A DNA stretch of 64,000 bases from a virus (Duplodnaviria; Caudoviricetes), in IMG/VR virus record IMGVR_UViG_3300020037_003123, positions 3,412 to 67,411 of that record; one strand, 5' to 3'. Positions 56,874-64,000 of the stretch are shown here, piece by piece. The position numbers and the translations under genes were made by a program. The notes under the pieces are model-generated. The model was not told the DNA's origin and did no database searches. It worked only from the letters and a program-made list of their open reading frames with translations. The first letter of the stretch is position 1. The number at the start of each line of letters is the position of its first letter.

Positions 56874-57095
56874 TTATTGATTATTTTCAGTCATATATCC
56901 AGTAATGATACCATATCTACCTTGATATGATTCTACTAAACCATCTACAAGACCAACAATATCATCATAATATATGTTTAATGCTGAGTGCATTGCAAAT
57001 GATCCTTCTCCGATTGTTTGGAGATGGAATATATGTGCTTGTGTGCGTGATGCAAACAGGGTAGATATAAATTGTCCTATAATAGCGTTATCCAT
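56874..57095 (-). CDS. Truncated ferritin/Dps-like protein (DUF5856-like)
   Basis: SRTQAH.FHLQT...H.AL..YY......D.LVESYQG.YGI, then an early stop. Confidence 0.6.
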   Translation of the reverse strand: MDNAIIGQFISTLFASRTQAHIFHLQTIGEGSFAMHSALNIYYDDIVGLVDGLVESYQGRYGIITGYMTENNQ

Positions 57096-57097
57096 TA

Positions 57098-57664
57098 TTA
57101 TTTCTTTTTAGGCCCCAAATCTTTTAGTTTAGCTAAATTGGCTGCTCTTCGTTTAGGATCATAAGCACCACCTTTTTGGTCATCAGATTTATTAATATAT
57201 CCTGCTGTTCCTTTAGATGTAGTTACACCTCCCATTTGGGCAGTATTATGAATACTTTCTTTTTTAATTACTTTTTTAAGAACTTTACCTGGTTTGCCTA
57301 TATCTGTACCTTTTTTAAAACGAGCTTCTTTAACTGGTTTATCCATGCCTTTCATTTGTTCTTCAAGCTCTTTTTTCTTTTCTTCAAGCTCTTTAATGCT
57401 GTCAGCTAAATCATCCATTAAATCACCAACAATTTCAGCATCAACAAAATGTTTAATATCAACAGGAATAGCACTTTTTATATCGTGTGCTGCTTTGATA
57501 TCTTCATCAATTTTAGCAATTTTAGCTTGTAAAGCTGCTTTATCACCTGCTTCATCGATCATTTTTAAACGATCACCTACAGATGTTTTAACCATTTTAC
57601 CTTTTGCTTTTTTAGCTTCAGCTATAAGTTCACGAATTAGAGTACGAATTTCAGTTGTTTTCAT
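57098..57664 (-). CDS. Hypothetical coiled-coil (probable internal head) protein
   Basis: Begins MKTTEIRTLIRELIAE. Confidence 0.65.
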   Translation of the reverse strand: MKTTEIRTLIRELIAEAKKAKGKMVKTSVGDRLKMIDEAGDKAALQAKIAKIDEDIKAAHDIKSAIPVDIKHFVDAEIVGDLMDDLADSIKELEEKKKELEEQMKGMDKPVKEARFKKGTDIGKPGKVLKKVIKKESIHNTAQMGGVTTSKGTAGYINKSDDQKGGAYDPKRRAANLAKLKDLGPKKK

Positions 57665-57694
57665 TTTTATTTTTATTTTATATATATATAAATA

Positions 57695-60352
57695 TTAGCG
57701 TTTTTTGGTTTCATTAACGTGTTGTCTTATTAAATCACGTACTTCATCTAAATGTTGTGGGTTATTAGCAAGATATTCACGTACTAGATAGTTGCGTACT
57801 TCAGCTAGATTACGACGTTGTAATACCGCCATTAATTCAGCTGGTGAATTTATTGGTTCCATTACGTTACCTTGCTCATTACCAAATAATACATAGTTTC
57901 TATTGCCTGGTTGTACGTTAATAGTTGCTATTATTTGTTGGTTTGCTAAACGAATAACATATATTTTACTAGGTCCAACATTAATAACTTGTCCTACTTG
58001 ACCTGCGGTACCTAATCTATTATTAACACGTGTTGCTCCTCTACTAGTATTTGGATTTTCACGTTGAGCATTAGTTACATTTAATCGTCTAAAATCAGAA
58101 CGTGGTAAACGTAAAAATGCTGTTTCTAATCCTAATTCTGTCATTCTTTCAGTTACATTTATGTCTCCAGCTGCTGCTGGTGCTGCCGGACGAGGGGCTC
58201 TAACATTTTGAACAACACCCGCTGGTCTACCTCTTCTTGGAGCGCCCGGCGCTGCTTGAGGTGCTACGGCTACTGGTGTAGCTTCATCTGGTGTAGCGGC
58301 TGTTAATTGGCGAGCCATTGCTGGAGGGATATTAGCTTTAACTAATTTACCTGTACTATCTGATAATTTAAAACTTTCTCTTGGATTAGCTTTATTAACC
58401 ATATAAAAAACACCATTTCCTCCTATTACGGGGGCATATTGGTCTGTTGGACTAAATGGTGGTTGTGCTCTAAACCATGCTTTTCTTGATTCTGTGTTGC
58501 CTGAACTTCTCCATATTCTCACTAATTCTTCACCAGAGTATACTTTGTTTTCATTTCTTAAATAAGCAAAATAAGCTTTCCATGATGCTTCATCCATAAC
58601 TCTTCCCGTAGTATATACTCTCCAATCTCCTCCATCTCCAAAATTAAGGGATGAAAAACTATTATACATAGCCCTATCATCTACCTGTTTTCCAACTAAA
58701 GTATATCTACTTTCACCATCAGGAGTAAAAATTATCATTAGTCTCCCATTGTAATCAGGTAATACTCTTTTATCATACGGTGTTGCATTAACAATAGATA
58801 CAAAAGCATCTTTATCTAATGAAGATGGAAGATTACTTCTATCACTAAGTGAATCTTTAATTACGTTAATTGCTCCTTGTTGGAATGATGTGTTTTCTTT
58901 TTCATCACCTAATGTTTTTTGTACTTCTTCATCATTAAATGGTATTTTAGAGATTTTACCGTCTTTTATTTTGTATGATGAAAATGAATTAGCATCAATT
59001 AATATTTCTCCGTCTTCTACTTTTTTAACTATAATAGCAGAATCTTCAGTTGATTTAGCTTTTTCTATTATTTTATCAAGTACATTTTTATCAATTACAC
59101 CATCTGTTGCTAATTTAATCATAGCATTAAATGGTAATTTATCTAATTCTGGGTATTCAAGAATATATTTTGATGTGCGTTGGTTTAATTTAACATTAGG
59201 ATAATCATCTTCTGCTTGATATAAGCCCATAGAAATAACATCTCCTAATTTTAATTTAACTATAGTAGAACCGTCTTTAGTAACATACATTCTTTCATCA
59301 GCTTTAATATTCCATTTATCTAAGACTACTAATAATTTTTTAACATCAAATGGAAGTGTTTCAGATGATAGAAGTTTAGTATCAACTTTATTTCTTAAAT
59401 TAGCTGTTATTGATTTTCTATCTTGACTACTAAATTTATCTAGGCTAGCTAATAATAAATTAGTATTTAAAATGCCCGGGGTAATAGCAATAAATTCTGC
59501 TAATTGAGGGTATTGTGGAAGATATTTTTCTACGAATTCTTTATTAGATACATCGCTAAATAATTCACTATCTTTTCTAACAACTAAATATTGTTGTTTA
59601 ATACTAAAAGGTAATTTTATCCATTCTCTAATACTAATAGAGGTATATTGGTACTTTTTTTGAAGTTGTTCTTTGCTATTTAAAGGAATATATTTTAATA
59701 CACTCCTAATATTAGGTATATCATTTAACCAAGGTATTTCAGATAGTAATGTGCTAAAAGACATTGGTCTAGATTCATATGGGTCATTTTTTCTATTAGT
59801 ATAGACGTATTTTTTATTTTCATCAGATACATCTCTAACCTGTATGGCAACAAAACTTAATTTATCTATATCTGATATATTATTATTTTTAGCTAAATAA
59901 AATGTTGGATATCCTCTATCAGATGAATAACGATAACTACCAAATGATCCTCTAGTTATACACCATTTTTCACCACTACCATAAGTAATACAATTATCTT
60001 CTTTAGAGCCATTCCATATTACAATACCATTTTCATTGTATACTACGTCTGGTGTTTGATCTTCATCATCTGATTTTGTTTCGGCACCTTTAGACGCTGT
60101 AACTAGTTTAATTAATTGAGATAAAGACCATTTATTTAAATCCTTCTCAGTAATTTTAGGTGAATTTTTTAATACATCGAAACGTTCAATATATTTTCTT
60201 AATTGATCTTCTGATATTGTAATATTTAAATCGTCTGCTTCTTCACTAAATTTTTTAATGAAGTCTTTCATAACTTTTTCGCTATAAGCTTCGTTTAATT
60301 CATTTTTCCAATTATGGACAACGTGTAGTATAAATTTATCTATTGGTCTCAT
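57695..60352 (-). CDS. Large hypothetical protein (885 aa)
   Basis: ELNEA site near the N-terminus, CI.YG.G.KWCIT motif, Ala/Pro linker near the C-terminus. Confidence 0.8.
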   Translation of the reverse strand: MRPIDKFILHVVHNWKNELNEAYSEKVMKDFIKKFSEEADDLNITISEDQLRKYIERFDVLKNSPKITEKDLNKWSLSQLIKLVTASKGAETKSDDEDQTPDVVYNENGIVIWNGSKEDNCITYGSGEKWCITRGSFGSYRYSSDRGYPTFYLAKNNNISDIDKLSFVAIQVRDVSDENKKYVYTNRKNDPYESRPMSFSTLLSEIPWLNDIPNIRSVLKYIPLNSKEQLQKKYQYTSISIREWIKLPFSIKQQYLVVRKDSELFSDVSNKEFVEKYLPQYPQLAEFIAITPGILNTNLLLASLDKFSSQDRKSITANLRNKVDTKLLSSETLPFDVKKLLVVLDKWNIKADERMYVTKDGSTIVKLKLGDVISMGLYQAEDDYPNVKLNQRTSKYILEYPELDKLPFNAMIKLATDGVIDKNVLDKIIEKAKSTEDSAIIVKKVEDGEILIDANSFSSYKIKDGKISKIPFNDEEVQKTLGDEKENTSFQQGAINVIKDSLSDRSNLPSSLDKDAFVSIVNATPYDKRVLPDYNGRLMIIFTPDGESRYTLVGKQVDDRAMYNSFSSLNFGDGGDWRVYTTGRVMDEASWKAYFAYLRNENKVYSGEELVRIWRSSGNTESRKAWFRAQPPFSPTDQYAPVIGGNGVFYMVNKANPRESFKLSDSTGKLVKANIPPAMARQLTAATPDEATPVAVAPQAAPGAPRRGRPAGVVQNVRAPRPAAPAAAGDINVTERMTELGLETAFLRLPRSDFRRLNVTNAQRENPNTSRGATRVNNRLGTAGQVGQVINVGPSKIYVIRLANQQIIATINVQPGNRNYVLFGNEQGNVMEPINSPAELMAVLQRRNLAEVRNYLVREYLANNPQHLDEVRDLIRQHVNETKKR

Positions 60353-60750
60353 TTTGTTTTACCCCATTTTTTACCTTTACCTGATTGTTTACATTGTGAT
60401 GGTGTTGGGCGGCAAGATGGGTATTTTGCTCGCTTTTCACCTTTTTGGCGGCCGCAAGGTTTACATTTTCCATCTCTGCATGTATTGCAATCTACCCAAC
60501 CACCTGTTTTACCTGGTGCTCCTTTACGAGCGAACCAAGTGCGAAGTGTTTCTTTTTTCTCATCTAATTCCTCTCCATCCTCACCTATAAAAAACGCTTC
60601 AGATTTTATATCTTTCCAAATTTTACCTTTACGACAACGTACGATAGCACCTGATTTATAGGCAGATGGTTTATTATAGCGACGGTCTGCAATGCGTTTG
60701 CAGCGGTCTTCTAATATTATTTCTCGTAATATGTCTGTTAGTTTAATCAC
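60349..60750 (-). CDS. Basic Cys-containing protein with MIKLTDILRE tag
   Basis: PSAYKSGAIVRCR and GGWVDC...CGR..GE.R..YP.CRP modules. Confidence 0.7.
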   Translation of the reverse strand: MIKLTDILREIILEDRCKRIADRRYNKPSAYKSGAIVRCRKGKIWKDIKSEAFFIGEDGEELDEKKETLRTWFARKGAPGKTGGWVDCNTCRDGKCKPCGRQKGEKRAKYPSCRPTPSQCKQSGKGKKWGKTK

Positions 60751-61204
60751 CTGTCCAAAATGGTCTTCCTTGTGATCTTGCTCTTTCTCTATCTCTTTCT
60801 ATTGCTGCTGCCATCCAATCTTCTTTTGGAATCCATTTAGGTACAGATATATTAGGTTTACCTGGGTCTGGTTTTCTAGTAATAAAAACTTCAACCTTAT
60901 CTAATACCGGTCTATATTCTGCTTTTAATTTTTCTCTTTCTTCATCATCAGCCATTTTTTGGTTAAGCTCTTCTGAGGGGACTCCTTTCTTTTTTTCTTC
61001 TTCAAATATTATTAAATTAAGTTTTCCTAATTTCCATGATTCTAAATTCTCAGCATTGTTTATTACTAGATTATATGATCCATTTGTAATAACATCTTTC
61101 TCAAATACATTTTTACCAAATTCTAAATCTCCAATAGTAGCTTTTTCAACTTCTGCTTCTTGAATGATTTCTTTAATTAATTCGATTAATTTAATTCTTT
61201 TCAT
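60743..61204 (-). CDS. Hypothetical protein with MKRIKLIELIKE tag
   Basis: Direct translation. Confidence 0.65.
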   Translation of the reverse strand: MKRIKLIELIKEIIQEAEVEKATIGDLEFGKNVFEKDVITNGSYNLVINNAENLESWKLGKLNLIIFEEEKKKGVPSEELNQKMADDEEREKLKAEYRPVLDKVEVFITRKPDPGKPNISVPKWIPKEDWMAAAIERDRERARSQGRPFWTGD

Positions 61205-61210
61205 TTTATA

Positions 61211-61459
61211 TTATTTATTTTTAGGTAAAAACCAATTTGAACACCATTTAGATGGATCTTTTATTGGATTGCCTTCGTTATCAATTAATTCGTGAGTTCC
61301 CATATATGCATGATAATGTTTACTTTTACACATATGTTTTTCACCTTCCATATAATGGAATTTACAAACATGACAACCAAATCCCAAAGGAGAATACATG
61401 TAAGGAGGAGATATGTTGCTTTCTTCTGCTTCCTTTATTATATCTGTTAGTTTAATCAC
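61211..61459 (-). CDS. Small Cys/His protein with MIKLTDIIKE tag
   Basis: CHVC...C...CSNW. Confidence 0.65.
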   Translation of the reverse strand: MIKLTDIIKEAEESNISPPYMYSPLGFGCHVCKFHYMEGEKHMCKSKHYHAYMGTHELIDNEGNPIKDPSKWCSNWFLPKNK

Positions 61460-61659
61460 GATTTATATATTTTTAAACGTAAATTACCTGTACCCTTAAT
61501 GACTCTATGCCATTGGTGACGTTCTATAAATATTGGATTATTTAATGAGGTTGGTAACTGGTTTTCAAGTTGTATTTTCCAGTCTGTATTTCCTATAATT
61601 TCTATGGTGCGATTTTCATCATCGCGATGCCACAATCTTCTACAGGATATATCAAGCAT
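61456..61659 (-). CDS. Small cupin-like protein
   Basis: WHRDDE.R...WKIQL...IERHQWHRVIKG.G.LRLKI. Confidence 0.55.
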   Translation of the reverse strand: MLDISCRRLWHRDDENRTIEIIGNTDWKIQLENQLPTSLNNPIFIERHQWHRVIKGTGNLRLKIYKS

Positions 61660-61680
61660 AATAAATATTTGTAATAAATA

Positions 61681-62262
61681 TTAGGATGCTAATGTATCTT
61701 TAATTTTTTGTATATATTCTTGAAGATCTTTAATAGCGGATTGTTTGAGAGCATCATTACCTTTCCATGTTTCTATATCACCACCTTCGGTTACAAATGA
61801 TTCTTCATTATTATTCATAAGTAATTCAAGTAATATATTTTCCATTTCTTTTAAATGGTATGTTAAACCTTGTTTATTTATGTTTAATTGATATTCTTCA
61901 AATTTACCTTCGGTTTTTAATTTAGTTTCATGTTTAATAACACAATCAAAACACATAGAATGGATTGGATACATTGTTTTATCTAACCTATTTTTCATAG
62001 GTGCCTTACATTGCGGGCAGTTTAAAGGCATTGTTACACGTTTTCTAACCGCATCTAATTTAGTAACTGTTTGTTTAATACCATTTTTAATGGTCCATTG
62101 TTTACCATTCTCTTCCCAAACATCACCTTCTTTATATTCAACATATTCTCTAGTATAACCAATTTGTGTTGATGTTTTAGCTGAATAATCTTTGGTAATG
62201 ATATTACGCATTCGCTGTACATCTTTGACATTAAATTCTTTTTTTAACATATTATCACTCAT
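61681..62262 (-). CDS. Conserved hypothetical zinc-finger protein
   Basis: EGDVWEE.GK.WTIKNG; CPQC...CFDC. Confidence 0.75.
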   Translation of the reverse strand: MSDNMLKKEFNVKDVQRMRNIITKDYSAKTSTQIGYTREYVEYKEGDVWEENGKQWTIKNGIKQTVTKLDAVRKRVTMPLNCPQCKAPMKNRLDKTMYPIHSMCFDCVIKHETKLKTEGKFEEYQLNINKQGLTYHLKEMENILLELLMNNNEESFVTEGGDIETWKGNDALKQSAIKDLQEYIQKIKDTLAS

Positions 62263-62735
62263 AGATCAAGTTTTTTAAGTTGTGAGATTGTATCTAATGC
62301 CGATGTATGGTGAATACCTATTCCGCCTTTTTCTCTCCATTCTAATATTGTTTTTTCTAAATCATCAATCAATATATGATTTTCAGCAGAAAATAACTGT
62401 TTTTCATGACGAGGATATAATAATAATCTATTAGTGCTATTAGGAAGATTTATTCTAACCCACGCTTGTTTACCTACTCTTGATGATTGACTACGAGATG
62501 GAGATGATAAAATATAAGGTTTATATTTTTTAATATAACTCCATAACGTTTTCCCATCAGGCATCCAATCTAAAGTAGCCCAAAACGCTGGTCCTTCAGC
62601 ATCAACTGGTGCCCAAAACATTTCATCACCTTTTATAAAGTTACTTCTAGTGTCTAAACCAGTTAGTTCTTCATAACCTTTAGCAAAATCGACTAATACG
62701 CCGTCTAAATCCACAAATAATGTATAACCATTCAT
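62259..62735 (-). CDS. HAD-family 5'(3')-deoxyribonucleotidase (NT5C-like)
   Basis: FVDLDGVLVDF, ILSSP, GK..W, ILIDD...W...GG.GI.H. Confidence 0.88.
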   Translation of the reverse strand: MNGYTLFVDLDGVLVDFAKGYEELTGLDTRSNFIKGDEMFWAPVDAEGPAFWATLDWMPDGKTLWSYIKKYKPYILSSPSRSQSSRVGKQAWVRINLPNSTNRLLLYPRHEKQLFSAENHILIDDLEKTILEWREKGGIGIHHTSALDTISQLKKLDL

Positions 62736-63241
62736 ATTTTATCTTTTTTACTTCTATTAAGTGATTTATAAAGAGGTTGGGTATTTTTATAGTTAAAACA
62801 TTTGTATATATTATCTTCTATAGTTAAATCAAATGAAGAACAAGGAATTATATGATCTACTTCCCATATTAATCCATGGTTATCCCAATTCATATCATTT
62901 TGAAATTGAGATTCTAAATATAATTTATATTCATTTAAAGAACAACCTAAATATTTTAATGTATTATTATTTTTATATGTTTTTTGTTTTTTTAAAATTT
63001 GATTTAATCTACATCTAAGATTACTTTTTAATTTGTGATTATGATCTATTTTATATTTTTCTTTTTCCCATTTAAGTTTATAAACTTGGTTGATTTTATA
63101 TTGGTTTATATACCAATCTTTCTTTTTAATATTTTCTTTTACACATTGTTTACAGTAATAATATAAACCATCTTTAGTATTGTTTTTTTTAGAAAAATTA
63201 TCTTTAGTTTTTTCTTTTTGGCATTTTATACAAATTTTCAT
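62732..63241 (-). CDS. Free-standing HNH endonuclease
   Basis: CIKC...CKQC; WEVDHIIPCSSFDL...CFNYKNTQPL...NRSK. Confidence 0.8.
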   Translation of the reverse strand: MKICIKCQKEKTKDNFSKKNNTKDGLYYYCKQCVKENIKKKDWYINQYKINQVYKLKWEKEKYKIDHNHKLKSNLRCRLNQILKKQKTYKNNNTLKYLGCSLNEYKLYLESQFQNDMNWDNHGLIWEVDHIIPCSSFDLTIEDNIYKCFNYKNTQPLYKSLNRSKKDKI

Positions 63242-63326
63242 ACATTATTGTTTCCAATAAATATATATTATTTATAAAAGACACCATCTGCCCTTAAAGA
63301 ATTGTATACATAACTTTATTTTATTA

Positions 63327-63998
63327 TTATTTTTCGTAAATAGTATTATTTAATTCACCAAATTTTCTTAATAATACACCTGCTTGAGCATTTGCTTCAT
63401 TTTCAATTTCGCTACCTGTTTTACCACTATTTACATCTAATCTATTATCTTCTGCTTGTTTACGATGAACTAATTCATGTGCTAATGTTCTTAAATAATC
63501 AGCTGGTGTTCTATCTTTAACATATAACCATACTTTACTATTTTCGGGATTAAAATGTCCCATTGATTTATTATTCTTAGCTTTATCAGTATCATATGAC
63601 ACTGTTATTCCTGATGGTAATTGTTTTAAACTAAGTTCTTTAGCTGCAAATTTTATAAATTCACTTATTAAACTATATGTTTTATCTTTATCATCTACAT
63701 CTTCATTCATTGGTTCAGGTAATGTTTTAGTTTGCATGTTTATAGTACCTTGCAATACTGTAGGAATTAAACCTAATGCCTTGTATAAAGATAATACAAC
63801 TTCTCCGCCTACCAAATAGTATTTATCTTGTCCATAACAAAGTACCAAAGGTAATGGTAATTCTTTTTTAGCTTTAATAAATTCTATATATTGTTTAGGG
63901 TTAATACCTAATTTTAAAGAATGTGAAATAGCGTCTTCTAGTGATTTAATTTCCCTATTGAAGATATGGTATATGCTTTTACTGCTGGTGGTACTGTA
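63327..63998 (-). CDS. Protein with C-terminal zincin metallopeptidase-like domain (5' end beyond the window)
   Basis: LRTLAHELVH...GSEIENEANA.AG; the frame stays open from 63848 to the window edge. Confidence 0.75.
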   Translation of the reverse strand, partial: YSTTSSKSIYHIFNREIKSLEDAISHSLKLGINPKQYIEFIKAKKELPLPLVLCYGQDKYYLVGGEVVLSLYKALGLIPTVLQGTINMQTKTLPEPMNEDVDDKDKTYSLISEFIKFAAKELSLKQLPSGITVSYDTDKAKNNKSMGHFNPENSKVWLYVKDRTPADYLRTLAHELVHRKQAEDNRLDVNSGKTGSEIENEANAQAGVLLRKFGELNNTIYEK

Positions 63999-64000
63999 GT

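Noticed and set aside
674-63018. All plus-strand ORFs in the track (e.g. 13642-14010, 24223-24735, 38839-39099, 57294-57698)
   Set aside because: They lie antisense to well-supported minus-strand genes, show shadow-type Ser/Phe/Leu composition and carry no motifs.
2502-63264. Plus-strand TATAAATA read as T4 late promoters driving antisense transcription
   Set aside because: No credible plus-strand genes follow, and the motif is positioned relative to minus-strand starts.
1-64000. Stop-codon reassignment, as seen in some large Bacteroidota phages
   Set aside because: Core genes are full length in code 11 and TAA, TAG and TGA all end genes; the single in-frame TAA is in a broken endonuclease gene.
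1-64000. tRNA genes, rRNA genes and CRISPR arrays
   Set aside because: No cloverleaf-like or regularly spaced repeat-spacer pattern was seen, and intergenic gaps are mostly too short; a tRNAscan-SE run would confirm.

Overview
AT-rich 64 kb segment of a large T4-like (myovirus) dsDNA phage. All credible genes lie on the minus strand, in standard code 11. A Bacteroidota host is inferred from A-rich, Shine-Dalgarno-free leaders and TTG-N20-TAnnTTTA promoters. In window order it contains: a 7-deazaguanine (preQ0) cluster (folE partial, queE, queC, queD, a divergent TGT/DpdA-fold gene, plus an embedded nucleotidyltransferase, HTH gene and HNH gene); class II RNR and thioredoxin; a replication module (helicase, 5' nuclease, RecA/UvsX, gp32-like SSB, compact family A polymerase); baseplate, tape measure, tail chaperone, tube and sheath; neck genes; phoH; major capsid, scaffold, protease, portal and large terminase; then about 17 kb of mostly unknown genes, many probably packaged in the head. 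There are seven free-standing homing endonuclease genes, one of them broken. Main leads: the deazaguanine system with an atypical transglycosylase; a preQ1-riboswitch-like pseudoknot before queC; a shared N-terminal MIKLxD(I/L)(L/I)xE tag on unrelated proteins, one a restriction-like nuclease; a +1/-2 slippery U9 site in the tail chaperone; an unannotated 45-aa ACP-like peptide lacking the pantetheine serine; and start-sequestering hairpins on the endonuclease genes. No database searches were run; family assignments rest on motifs recognised by eye.
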